A stretch of DNA of 64,000 bases from NCBI GenBank assembly GCA_965203315.1, contig OZ241857.1:1344001-1408000 (forward strand), in the 5' to 3' direction. Made by a program: the position numbers and the translations under genes. Origin of the DNA: Nitrosopumilus sp. (GTDB lineage Archaea; Thermoproteota; Nitrososphaeria; Nitrososphaerales; Nitrosopumilaceae). The notes under the pieces were generated by a model. That model was not told where the DNA came from, did not search any database, and was given only the letters and a program-made list of their open reading frames with translations. This document shows, piece by piece, positions 42,464-52,498 of this stretch (positions are counted from its first letter, which is position 1; the number at the start of each line of letters is the position of its first letter).

Positions 42464-42939
42464 AAAGTTTTTAGGAATTCTAAAGTCAGACTTTTTAAGC
42501 AGCGCAAAAATCTCATTAGCTGTATACACGTTAATAATTTCTCTATTTTTAATAATCGCAACAGCCCAAGTAATCCTGTATGTTTAATTCCTAGCCTTGA
42601 CGCCAATATTCTAGCATCCATATCGTCAAGTATGCATTCTACTTTATCGATTGTATTGTCGAGTTTCATATATGTCAACATGACATCTGTCTCACCTTGT
42701 CCAATATTCGAGTATTCACTCTGAAATCTAGCGATATCGTCAAGTGTGTTTTTCTCCAAACATTTGAACTTGGCTTCTTTGATCAATCTGTCCACGTTTC
42801 TCTGTGTTACTATCTTTCAATTCTTCCCACACAAACATCGGTATTACTAATTCATCACCCAATTTTAAAATGTCATCAAATACATCTGGACGTTTGATGT
42901 TATTGAATATCGCAATTAATGGTGACGCATCAAAGATTT

Positions 42940-43578
42940 TCAAGGCTCTAATCGAAATATTCCTCTAGTTTTCATCTTTTCCATTACTATATGCAAAGGC
43001 TGATCAAGTAGGTCTGCAGTCTTGCCAGAAGTGATCTTGCGTCTCTCAAGTAGTCTAAATATGTGCTCTTCGATATCAGGCTTGAGGTTTTGATATGTTA
43101 CGGAATCTTTGGTCATTTCGGGATACTGTGAATAGAGATATGATAGTAACTCGTCTCTAGACATGTCATTTACAAACTCTTTATATCTCGCAAATACTGC
43201 CAGCATTTTTTTAGGTCTGTTTTTGATGATTTCACTAGCATACTCTTCGCCTTTTTTGGTCAGTTGAATATTGTCAGCATCTTCGGATATGAGGTTTATC
43301 TGTATGAGATGATTGATCTTGTCTTCAAGAATATTACTGAATGGACCTGTATCAGTAATAGTATATCTGCTCCACTCTAGAAATTCTTTGTACATGCCAC
43401 CCAACATGTATATTGTATTTTGTACTTTGAATCTATCACGGATTGGCTTGCAAATGGGCTTGTTGTCTGAGTCATTTAGTGGATGTAGATCATACCACTC
43501 ATTGTCTACATGTAACAACACAACAAGATATTTCTCAAGATCGCTCGCCTCTTCGAGCATTTCACTCTCAATTGCCAT
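42940..43578 (-). CDS. YwgA/Panacea(SocA)-like wHTH protein with C-terminal UPF0175-like HTH; putative antitoxin
   Basis: KVQNTIYM, GPFSNIL, LTKKG, ELLSYLYSQYP; ITSGKTADLL; stop overlaps the PIN gene start. Confidence 0.6.
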   Translation of the reverse strand: MAIESEMLEEASDLEKYLVVLLHVDNEWYDLHPLNDSDNKPICKPIRDRFKVQNTIYMLGGMYKEFLEWSRYTITDTGPFSNILEDKINHLIQINLISEDADNIQLTKKGEEYASEIIKNRPKKMLAVFARYKEFVNDMSRDELLSYLYSQYPEMTKDSVTYQNLKPDIEEHIFRLLERRKITSGKTADLLDQPLHIVMEKMKTRGIFRLEP

Positions 43579-43653
43579 TATGGGTGACCGCCATACAGAG
43601 AAATAGATTTCATTAGTTTACTTACAAACATCTTTTATTTAAATGCGTGTTGC

Positions 43654-43835
43654 GGTTCTGTTCAATTAACGGGGGTGGAGATGATGACGTTATCTCAAAG
43701 AACGCACAATATGTGACTTAAAACAGCAACAATTTACGATGGATAGTGTGAGACCGTTTCCCTATTTTACAAAATTTTTCGAGAATTTTGTGCAGAAAAT
43801 GCCAACCCGTCAAGTTTACCGAATCTCACAGAACC
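43654..43835. mobile_element. MITE family C (IS6-like ends), copy 1
   Basis: GGTTCTGT...ACAGAACC ends; interior matches 62072-62247 in reverse orientation. Confidence 0.82.
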
Positions 43836-43917
43836 TTTTTATTTAATTGTCTTTGTAATCTAATAGTAATGAACAAATATACAGATATTATTTATAAAAT
43901 TAGTTTGAGAGGGATTC

Positions 43918-44517
43918 ATGTTGGATGCGTATGATACCATATTGTGCATAATTGAGGCAGCAGAGGAAAAAGTAGCAGAAGAATCAATGGCAAGCACAAA
44001 TGAAGAGATTGTTATTGGTAGAACTTCGATTCAAAAAATAGCATATTTTGCACGACAAACATGTAAGAATCTGGTTCTATCTCAATTCACACCACATTTT
44101 TATGGACCATATAGTTCAGAGGTTAGCATAGTATTAGAAGATCTAGTAGGGTACTCTTTTGTTGATGAGAAAAAGATACATGGGAGACGTTATGATGCAT
44201 ATACATACAAACTGAGTAAAGATGGAAAAACCATCATAAAGGATGTAAAAGATAAAGATGCTTATGAAAATATTGGGGAATTAGTAAAGAGATGCTATGA
44301 TGCATGTTATCTAAAATCAAAACCATTATCATATGCAGCAAAACTTCACTACATTTTGAATAGTTCAAAGGAAAAGGCTAGTATTGATGAGCTAAAAATA
44401 CGAGGAAAGGAATTAAATTGGGAGATAAAAGATGGTGACATAAAACAAGGAATAGACTTGCTTAAAAAGTTAAAGTTGGAAAAAAATGAGCGATTATTTT
44501 GCAATCAAGTCAATTAG
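43918..44517 (+). CDS. YwgA/Panacea-like wHTH protein
   Basis: GRTSIQKIAYF, HFYGPYSSEV, Y.YKLSKDG. Confidence 0.75.
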   Translation: MLDAYDTILCIIEAAEEKVAEESMASTNEEIVIGRTSIQKIAYFARQTCKNLVLSQFTPHFYGPYSSEVSIVLEDLVGYSFVDEKKIHGRRYDAYTYKLSKDGKTIIKDVKDKDAYENIGELVKRCYDACYLKSKPLSYAAKLHYILNSSKEKASIDELKIRGKELNWEIKDGDIKQGIDLLKKLKLEKNERLFCNQVN

Positions 44518-45835
44518 GGATCCCCTGTATGGATTTATTGGTACTTCTGAAATTGAACGAAAGGTAATTGATTCTGATGCATTTCGTCGTCTACTAAACA
44601 TTAAACAGTTATCTCATGAATACGTTGCCTACCCATCTGCAACGCATACCAGATTTGAACACTCATTGGGAGTCATGCATCTTGCAGGCAAAGTATGTGA
44701 CAAGTTAAAACTTGAAAAAGATTACAATATGAAGGAACTAAAAGAATTCAAAGAGATAACAAGACTAGCTGCGTTACTTCATGATATTGGTCACGGTCCA
44801 TACTCACATCTCTTTGAAACTTTTTTAGAAAATGTAAACGGAAAGAAAATTAGTCACGAATGGATTTCTAGACTATTTATTTCAAAAGATTCGCAACTAC
44901 AAGAGATTTTAGAAAATAAGGCCGGAAAAATCTTGCAAACTTTAAGTGGTAAAATGGTTAACGAATGGGACGAGAAAAGAAGTAATCTCGCAAATAAAAT
45001 CATTTCAGGTAGTCTAGATGTAGATAGAATGGATTACTTGCAAAGAGACTCTTATCATCTTGGTGTAACATATGGAATATTTGATTTAGCTCGAATACTT
45101 CATACAATCACATACACAAAAGGATATGAAGAGTACGACATATGTATTCAAGATAAAGGAAAGGACGCTATAGAAAACTATAGATTGGGAAGGTATTTTA
45201 TGCACGCTCAAGTGTATCAACACCATGCAAGATTAAGTGCAGATCAAATGTTCTTACGTGCTTTAGATATTGCAAAAGAAGATGATGGTTTACCTGTTAA
45301 AAAACTTGTAGTCGATACTACGTCATTTGATAAAAATGACGAGTTTCTTGAATATTATAGATCACTAAATGATGAAACAATTTATAATGAAATTATAACT
45401 AGAAAACCATATAGTACATCTGTAAATATTTTAAAGGACATCCAAAAAAGAAATCTTCTGAAACGTGCTATCGACATAATTCCAGATAGAGACATTAAAA
45501 ATAATTCTAATCGAAGGCATGTAATGAAAATGGGATATCCGAATCTAAGAGAATTAGATAATGAAATTAAAGAGGAATTAGAATTAGAATATTCACAAAT
45601 TATAAGCTGTTTATCTAAAATCACTTCCGAAGCTGAAATTAAAGCAGAAACAAAAAGTGATAGAATTTTGGTTCTAGTAAACGATGTACCACAAGAATTA
45701 GATGAACTTTCATTAATAAACACTAAACCTGAAATGAAGAGATTTTTTGTTTTCACAAATAAATATAAAAGAAAGGATGTGTGTAACTACGTCAAAGACA
45801 AGTTCAAAATAGATAATATAGATTGCAAATTTTAG
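44486..45835 (+). CDS. HD-domain phosphohydrolase (YwfO/SAMHD1-like dNTPase family)
   Basis: RDPLYG, FRRL..IKQL, HTRFEHSLG, LLHDIGHGPYSH, LDVDRMDYL.RDS, R..M..QVY.H. Confidence 0.9.
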   Translation: MSDYFAIKSIRDPLYGFIGTSEIERKVIDSDAFRRLLNIKQLSHEYVAYPSATHTRFEHSLGVMHLAGKVCDKLKLEKDYNMKELKEFKEITRLAALLHDIGHGPYSHLFETFLENVNGKKISHEWISRLFISKDSQLQEILENKAGKILQTLSGKMVNEWDEKRSNLANKIISGSLDVDRMDYLQRDSYHLGVTYGIFDLARILHTITYTKGYEEYDICIQDKGKDAIENYRLGRYFMHAQVYQHHARLSADQMFLRALDIAKEDDGLPVKKLVVDTTSFDKNDEFLEYYRSLNDETIYNEIITRKPYSTSVNILKDIQKRNLLKRAIDIIPDRDIKNNSNRRHVMKMGYPNLRELDNEIKEELELEYSQIISCLSKITSEAEIKAETKSDRILVLVNDVPQELDELSLINTKPEMKRFFVFTNKYKRKDVCNYVKDKFKIDNIDCKF

Positions 45836-45951
45836 TCTAGTTATAATACTCAATTTAATCTACTATGAACCAACAATAACGGTGGCCATGATTGCAACTG
45901 ATGATTAATTTACAAGTATACTCAGTTAACACAAATGTAGTCTTAAAACTA

Positions 45952-47484
45952 TAGTCACGAACATAATTATTTTCCGGTTCGTTGTTAAGCAATCGTGTTG
46001 CCTTTTGTTAATCGTGTAGCTCAAATCACAACGATTATCATAAAATACGAAAAAAGTCAGATAAATTTTGATTTGTTGTAAAGATATCCGCACCAATACA
46101 CAAAACAATCAAAATTTTATGGTCGTCTGCATGATTTATTCTTGCACGACACAATGATTTTTGTAATTTCAAGCTATATTTTTGGCGTAATTATCTTTCT
46201 CTTAAGACAACCCATGACATTTGCGTTGCATTTCATGATTTTCATAGTTTCATCTGCATGTTTCTCTAGAGATCGTAGTGTTTTAAAGACTTTGTTGACT
46301 GGAGTATATTGTCTAAACTGTTTCCAGAGTGCCTCTGATGCATTGAGTTCAGGAACAGCAGCTGGTAATTGCACTAACTTTATGTTATTTTCTTTTGCAA
46401 ATCGTCTACTTATTTGACTAGTGTGACATGATGCACCGTCAAGGATGAGTATTATTGGTTCTATCATGGGACGCATCTTTCGTATGATCTTCATAAATGC
46501 TATAAAGTCTTTAGAATTTGCTGAATGACGTATTGTATGACATATTTTTCCGTTAGTGCTGATTCCTCCAAATATTGTTATTCTCTCAGCTTTTCCTGCT
46601 ACTGCTAGCATGCGTATCTTTTCACCTATCCTTGACCAACTTTTTACACGACGTTTTGTGTGGGTGTTGATGTGCATCTCATCTACTGCCATCACTAGAA
46701 ATCCCATGTTGTTTAGACGTGAAATCCAAGATATGTTGGCTCTTTGGAATTTTTTTATCATTTCATCACTGGCTCGATTAGTGAAATGTACTTGGACATA
46801 GCTCTTTGCAGAGCGTCTTAGCTCTCTCATTCTGCGTCGTATTGTGCTGGGATGATATCGTACTTTTGTTATATTGAAAACCAACTCTAAAATTCTTTGT
46901 ACTGTTGTGGTGCTGTCGAGTCCCAGTATGTACTCAAACATTCGGTTAGATACTTTTGGTTTCCTTCCTCGACCTGACTTGTCTTTGAGTCCCTCAATTC
47001 CTTCTTTCTGATACCGTGTAATCCAATTAAATACGGTGCGAGGTGTAATTCCTGCCATCTCTGCAGCTTTTACTTGTGTGTAACTAAAATTTAGTACCAT
47101 TAGTACAACAATAATTCTTTTTTGTACGTTATGGTTTGGCATGTTTTTGATGTAGTTAACCATATCCTCACATACTTGATTCATTACATATCATAAAAGA
47201 TAGTAACAAATAAACATGTATAGTCAACTAAACATGATCAATTAGTTAATTATTATTGTTCAATACCAACATTAACAAAAATTTAAATTTTTTGTGCGCC
47301 ATTGGACATTTTAAATTTTGGTCACTAATCATCTTTGTTTATTTCCAACCATGAACTAATAATCAGTGATTTTTTGTTGTTATTGCCTCGTATGTTTTAT
47401 GATCAATGTGATTTCAACGAGGATGTTGAAAGAAATCACATCATTTGGCAAAAACGAACCGGAAAATAATTATGTTCGTGACTA
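45952..47484 (-). mobile_element. IS630-family insertion sequence, 1533 bp
   Basis: Perfect 32-bp TIRs TAGTCACGAACATAATTATTTTCCGGTTCGTT; TA duplication in a CTAG target. Confidence 0.93.
46174..47184 (-). CDS. IS630-family transposase
   Basis: HTH TVFNWITRY..EGIEGL, GRKPK, VDE, ILDGASCH, PELNASE. Confidence 0.92.
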   Translation of the reverse strand: MNQVCEDMVNYIKNMPNHNVQKRIIVVLMVLNFSYTQVKAAEMAGITPRTVFNWITRYQKEGIEGLKDKSGRGRKPKVSNRMFEYILGLDSTTTVQRILELVFNITKVRYHPSTIRRRMRELRRSAKSYVQVHFTNRASDEMIKKFQRANISWISRLNNMGFLVMAVDEMHINTHTKRRVKSWSRIGEKIRMLAVAGKAERITIFGGISTNGKICHTIRHSANSKDFIAFMKIIRKMRPMIEPIILILDGASCHTSQISRRFAKENNIKLVQLPAAVPELNASEALWKQFRQYTPVNKVFKTLRSLEKHADETMKIMKCNANVMGCLKRKIITPKI

Positions 47485-47970
47485 TAGTAGACAAAAATAG
47501 AAAGATCTATAAAATATGCCTAAAATTAATAAACATTAAAAAATAAAATTGAAAAACATAAAATTATAATGTCATGTATGGTGCTTTTACAGTTTTCTCT
47601 CTCTCTCGTTTAAGTCGATAATGTCCAGCAATATAGATTTAGAAAGAAACTTGAAAAATTTGTTGATAAATTTATGAAAATATTGTCATCACCAACTTCC
47701 ATCTGGAGGAAGAGAGACACATTTGCGTTGACTGATTAGATACAAAAATCATAGTGCTGAAATTATATGCAACTTTTTTTATACACTACATTTCAAAAAA
47801 GTTCTTAATAATCTCTAGTATGTTGAGGTTTTGTTGTTGAAATAATTTACTCAAGTTAAACTGCATTTAATACGAGTATGCATAAACTCACTGAGAGCAT
47901 AAATTTGATCCATCTACAATCTGTGAACTATACTAACAATGATTAATGAGTGTGTTCCATCTCTAACAAC

Positions 47971-48044
47971 GCGGAGTTAGTTTAGTCTGGTATGACGTCA
48001 GCTTCCCAAGCTGAAGGCCGCGGGTTCGAATCCCGCACTCCGCA
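47971..48044 (+). tRNA. tRNA-Gly(CCC)
   Basis: GCGGAGT/ACTCCGC acceptor, TCAGC-TTCCCAA-GCTGA, GCGGG-TTCGAAT-CCCGC. Confidence 0.95.
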
Positions 48045-48144
48045 TTACAACTCACGTATAGCTTGTTCAACAAAGATATCGATTACAATTTGTAAAGTAC
48101 GTGATTGGCACTCCGCATTACAACTCACGTATAGCTTGTTCAAC
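48035..48144. repeat. Perfect 37-bp direct repeat flanking a 36-bp unique insert
   Basis: GCACTCCGCATTACAACTCACGTATAGCTTGTTCAAC at 48035-48071 and 48108-48144. Confidence 0.92.
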
Positions 48145-49068
48145 GGCTCCACGGTCAGCTGCTCTTGGTGCATATTTGATATAAGACTTCAAGTCCTGAA
48201 TGGCGACATCCTTTCTACCCAACTTTTCTTGTAAATATGCACGATTTTTGTAAATTTTAGCAGAACGACTAGGATCAATCTCTATGGCTTTGGTGTAATT
48301 TGTTATCGCTTTATCGAATTTATTAGTCTTTAGATAAAAGTTGCCAAGTCCATTATATGCAAGATATGCTTTGGGATTTATTGAAATACATCTCTGATAC
48401 ATCTCTATACACTGCTCCAAGTTTTGCCTACTCATCAGAGAGCCTATCATCTGAAATGCGTTTGCATTATCTGGATCGAGTTTTGTAGCTCTAGTTAATG
48501 ACTCTAATGCAGCTGTATGATCGTTTAGTAAGATATGTCTTTCAGCAATATAGCATAGTCGATTTGATGTATCGCTAGTATCGTTTAGTGATACAGATGA
48601 CAAGATATCTTGTGGCGCTACAAGTATCATGATATTTCCTTCCTGAGACCACTCGTGTTCAAATACGTCTTGAGGTATTACACCCTCTTGTTGTTCGCCC
48701 TCATCTGTTCCTTTTTGTATGTAGTGTAGTATTGTATTATCTTCTTTGTTGTATCCAGTAATGACTGATGCATGTTGAGTTATCTCTGGAATGCCTGCGA
48801 GTATTACGATGGGTGGTATACCTGCTGCAATTACACCCTCAAGTTCGGATATACTGGATCGAACCATCTTACACACAAGACCACTCTGCTCTGCTAACTC
48901 TACTCCCTCAATTAAGACACTTCCTTTAAATCCTTGATATTTTTTTGCGACACGCATAGATTGTTCTAGTGAGAGCTGGACATTCCAATATCTCGCAACT
49001 ACATTGATTGGTAGTGGAAGACAGATGCTCTCTTGATCGACTAGTGGTAGTAACAACTCGTGAGACAC
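48118..49068 (-). CDS. C39-like peptidase domain plus TPR protein
   Basis: QESICLP, GIPPIV, HASVITGY; C-terminal TPRs. Confidence 0.8.
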   Translation of the reverse strand: MSHELLLPLVDQESICLPLPINVVARYWNVQLSLEQSMRVAKKYQGFKGSVLIEGVELAEQSGLVCKMVRSSISELEGVIAAGIPPIVILAGIPEITQHASVITGYNKEDNTILHYIQKGTDEGEQQEGVIPQDVFEHEWSQEGNIMILVAPQDILSSVSLNDTSDTSNRLCYIAERHILLNDHTAALESLTRATKLDPDNANAFQMIGSLMSRQNLEQCIEMYQRCISINPKAYLAYNGLGNFYLKTNKFDKAITNYTKAIEIDPSRSAKIYKNRAYLQEKLGRKDVAIQDLKSYIKYAPRAADRGAVEQAIREL

Positions 49069-49099
49069 TAGTTTGTAGACAGTATCTTTGTTATTAAAA

Positions 49100-49636
49100 T
49101 CATAGTCTACAGAACCGCATTATGATATCTTGACCGTCATTGCTCATCTCTGGATGAAACTGTGTTCCAAAGATCAATAGTTCTCTATGTCTTATTATCT
49201 CATATCTACATGTGTCAGAGCAAGCAAGCGGAGTTAATTCATCTGGTAATGTCGATATCTCGTAACTATGACTCTCAAATACGTCTAGTGTTCCCCTCGA
49301 GATGGGATTTGTCTGTGTTGTGTGTACTGTGTTGTCACCTTTATGTGGTGTTGTACGACGTATGGTGCCACCAAGTGCTAGCGCAAGGATCTCTGCTCCA
49401 TAACATATTCCCAACAACTTTGATCTAGAATGTATAGCGTTTGTGATTATCTGTGAGTTTATTCTGTTTGTTAAATGATTATTTACTCGTCGTCCCGAGA
49501 GGATAAACGCATCATATTCTTTGATCTTGTCCGGTACAACTCTATCGGGATATGTCACTTCAAACGATATGTCGCTGTCGTTTAAAAGATCTAAAAGTTT
49601 TGGAGTGTACACCGAACCGTTATCCACTACAAGCAA
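49100..49636 (-). CDS. Class I glutamine amidotransferase (GMP synthase A-like)
   Basis: VVDNGS, LGICYG, SHSY, GTQFHPE. Confidence 0.88.
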   Translation of the reverse strand: MLVVDNGSVYTPKLLDLLNDSDISFEVTYPDRVVPDKIKEYDAFILSGRRVNNHLTNRINSQIITNAIHSRSKLLGICYGAEILALALGGTIRRTTPHKGDNTVHTTQTNPISRGTLDVFESHSYEISTLPDELTPLACSDTCRYEIIRHRELLIFGTQFHPEMSNDGQDIIMRFCRL

Positions 49637-52498
49637 CTAACTGCCTACCTCTATTGAGATGTAGTGCATCTCGGCAATATCATCCTTGATGAGTATTGTT
49701 CCAATGTTTATGTAGTTTTCTTCTTCCCACATGAAGACACGCTCACTACGTGGCTTTACAAAGTTGCCGATAAACTCATCTATGAATTCAGAGACAGACT
49801 CTCGTTCATCATCGGTAAAGAAGATTATGTTTCCTTCATTAAACGCGAGCGGCACTTGTATTGTGGTGGGCTCTGCTACTGATACCCCATTCTCAATAAA
49901 TGCATCACGTACAATTCTTATACGATCTTCTTTGAGTAGCTCGACAAAACTTGCATCTGCAACAGTACTCGCAGATGGCACGCCCGATACCTTTCGCAGA
50001 TACGCAGTAAATGCCTCCTCTTGTGTGTCGCCCAAGCCTACAAAGTACTCTCCATTGAATGCAGCACCTACTGCTGCAATAGTTCCCAACTGTGCCACAA
50101 CACCTCCTGCACCTGCTGTATATACAGGAATAAAGTAAATGTCATGATCCCCTACTCTATACAGTATGTTGTCTCCAATTCGTGGGTTTCGTAGTAGCGT
50201 CTTGAGTTGTGCAAACTCTGGATCTCGATCTAGGGCCTCTCGTACTGCAGTGGGACCTATGAGTTTTGTAGTGGAGTTTAGTGGAACTTCATAGAACTGT
50301 AGTGTGCCTAGATTTGTGAGATCATTCTCTACCACCATATATCCTGCAAGGTTTCTTCCCTGTGAGCCCTTTAGTTCAAGTGACAAGAGTCCCAAGAACT
50401 CTGTCTGTTCAAATCCTGGAGGTTTGGCCTCTACATAGTATGTATCGAGACCTCGTGGAACTTCATAAAATTGATTTGCTTGAATAAACGTCTCAACGTC
50501 TGTTACATGATAAATGTTATACATCTCTGTCTTCCAATTAAAGAGCTCAACTGGATATCGTATCTGCTCTTCTAGCCAAGGTGGCATATCTCGGAATCTC
50601 TCTGCATACTGTTCCGCAAACATGTTACTGAAAAAGTCATCGCCTGTCTTTAAGAGCTGAATCTCTCCATCGTATGAATCGATTAATGCATATCCGACTA
50701 GACGTAGGTATGGATTTCCTATAGACCACGGAACATCGCGCGTCTCGAATCCTATTATTAATGGAGCCAACCAGTACGAGTTTGTACCATCGGTTACAGG
50801 GAGAAAGTCCACCTCTTTACCAAAGAGATTGTACAAAAAGTATGGATACAGCGTCTCCATCCTATCATGTACGTCCTTGTATCTCATTATGTGAATAGAA
50901 TCTGCAGGAAATGACAACAGAAAGTTTGGCTCAAAGATCCAACTTAGTGGTGGTATTACGTCTAGACCGCCAGTACCAGAGTACTCGGCTCCACCAAGCT
51001 CAGCACTAACAGTACGAGATGTAGGGTATGCAGACCAAGTCGTCTCAAAGAGACCACCTTCACCATAGTATATCTCACGTTGTTGGAAGAATTGAGTACT
51101 GTCTACTATCTGACCATCGGTTGCTTCTAACGTCAGGAATCCCTCTGGAACATGTGTATACACAAGATGCTCATTGTACCATCTATCATCTACACTAACT
51201 GATGTTGGAAGAATGGGTTTCATAGATGCAGTCCAGTATAATGTATTGTTAAAACGCAGGATATCATTATCCTCAAAATCAACATATGGAATAAGACCGA
51301 TCTCTGGTTTTAGCTTTGCAAATGCAGCATCCCAATCCCAAACTCGAATAACGTCTAATATGTCATTATTCTGAGCTACATAGTTTCTGATGTTGTTTGG
51401 AGACACAGCTGCTAATCTAACATCGTGTGTATTCTCTATGACATCTCCGAGCTCGCCTAGGTATCTATTTACACCTATCTGTTGTGCGGTGTATGGTCCC
51501 AGATACTCGATCTTTTTTGCGTCAGCGATACTATTGTTTACTCCAGCAATCCCGACAGCGATAACACCAATTGCTAAAATTGTCAAGAAACGTACCCATA
51601 CATCACGTTTGAACATGTGAGTCAAGACCCTCGCTCGTAATCTGTCGATAGCCGAGAATGCAATTAGAGCAGCTCCTATCGCAAGAACGCCTCCTATGAT
51701 GTATCGACTGTTGTAATCGATCTCGTCTGTAAAGAATAGATTAAAACCAATCCACAAGACCCCGATCCCGATCATTCCCTCAACTGTAGATACATAGTTG
51801 AGATATCTGGGCTTGCCTTCACTAGAGTCTTGGATAAACGATGTAATTACGTTGATTATCCGATGTACGCCTATGTACAAAACCAATCGAAGACCTATAG
51901 CTGCAATGATCGGCGGGATCAGAATTACTAGAGCTGGAATCATCGGCACAACGTTTTGAACAGCATATGAGGGATCGATATCTGGCGTTACAAAGGGTAG
52001 CGTAAACAAGACTGGAAGATTCTCCACTCCAAGTGTATTACCATCAAAGAATGACATTGCAGCAAAACCGAACATAATGTTTGCAAAGAATGCACCAAAG
52101 AGTAGAATCTTTGTAAACTGCCAGATCACAAACTGAACTCTAGAGAGCTTGTAGTCTTGAAATCTTGCAATGCTTGCAGATATTGGCTGTTGAGAGCCTC
52201 CTCGCGCAAAGAGTCCAATAGCTGTGTTTATGATGTACCAAAATATCGAAGAACGCCCCATGATATTCACTCTCACTAGCGATATTGCGGCGAGTATGAT
52301 GGTTGACAGTAGTGTATAGTATAGTGGCTTACTAAACTGATCTCCAAACTCGCTAAAGTTCATCAACAGTACTACCGCTTGAGAACCTACAACTCCAAAG
52401 ATTATCGCACCGATAGCTGCGATCACTCCCAAGCGAATATACCGCCCGGTGTTTGGAGGTGGAGATTGCGTGTCTGAAGTGGCGCTATACAAAATCAC
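49637..52498 (-). CDS. UPF0182 family membrane protein
   Basis: Multiple TMs; IRVWD, W.NEHLVYTH, IYYGE, IRYP.ELF, YHVTD. Confidence 0.85.
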   Translation of the reverse strand: MILYSATSDTQSPPPNTGRYIRLGVIAAIGAIIFGVVGSQAVVLLMNFSEFGDQFSKPLYYTLLSTIILAAISLVRVNIMGRSSIFWYIINTAIGLFARGGSQQPISASIARFQDYKLSRVQFVIWQFTKILLFGAFFANIMFGFAAMSFFDGNTLGVENLPVLFTLPFVTPDIDPSYAVQNVVPMIPALVILIPPIIAAIGLRLVLYIGVHRIINVITSFIQDSSEGKPRYLNYVSTVEGMIGIGVLWIGFNLFFTDEIDYNSRYIIGGVLAIGAALIAFSAIDRLRARVLTHMFKRDVWVRFLTILAIGVIAVGIAGVNNSIADAKKIEYLGPYTAQQIGVNRYLGELGDVIENTHDVRLAAVSPNNIRNYVAQNNDILDVIRVWDWDAAFAKLKPEIGLIPYVDFEDNDILRFNNTLYWTASMKPILPTSVSVDDRWYNEHLVYTHVPEGFLTLEATDGQIVDSTQFFQQREIYYGEGGLFETTWSAYPTSRTVSAELGGAEYSGTGGLDVIPPLSWIFEPNFLLSFPADSIHIMRYKDVHDRMETLYPYFLYNLFGKEVDFLPVTDGTNSYWLAPLIIGFETRDVPWSIGNPYLRLVGYALIDSYDGEIQLLKTGDDFFSNMFAEQYAERFRDMPPWLEEQIRYPVELFNWKTEMYNIYHVTDVETFIQANQFYEVPRGLDTYYVEAKPPGFEQTEFLGLLSLELKGSQGRNLAGYMVVENDLTNLGTLQFYEVPLNSTTKLIGPTAVREALDRDPEFAQLKTLLRNPRIGDNILYRVGDHDIYFIPVYTAGAGGVVAQLGTIAAVGAAFNGEYFVGLGDTQEEAFTAYLRKVSGVPSASTVADASFVELLKEDRIRIVRDAFIENGVSVAEPTTIQVPLAFNEGNIIFFTDDERESVSEFIDEFIGNFVKPRSERVFMWEEENYINIGTILIKDDIAEMHYISIEVGS

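Larger units (their letters stand above)
41541..42943 (-). pseudogene. PIN-domain (DUF3368-like) toxin pseudogene
   Basis: MKIFDASPLI... (42943), frameshift near 42798, IGQGE...ILDD.DAR..A..LGI.HTGLLG, second frameshift in A-run near 42548, ...SDFRIPKNF, IS1595, then KL* ending 41541. Confidence 0.75.
45923..47734. mobile_element. Putative MITE with family A-like ends, interrupted by IS630
   Basis: CAGTTAACACAAATGT at 45923 and ACATTTGCGTTGACTG ending 47734; ~277 bp after removing the IS. Confidence 0.5.

Noticed and set aside
42277-42795. Intact 172-aa gene
   Set aside because: It is the middle fragment of the PIN pseudogene reading out of frame into the IS1595.
48035-48144. Bona fide CRISPR array, or att site bounding the 40-47.7 kb island
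   Set aside because: Only two repeats, built from tRNA and CDS sequence, with no cas genes in the window. The island lies 5' of the tRNA and I saw no repeat copy at its far end.
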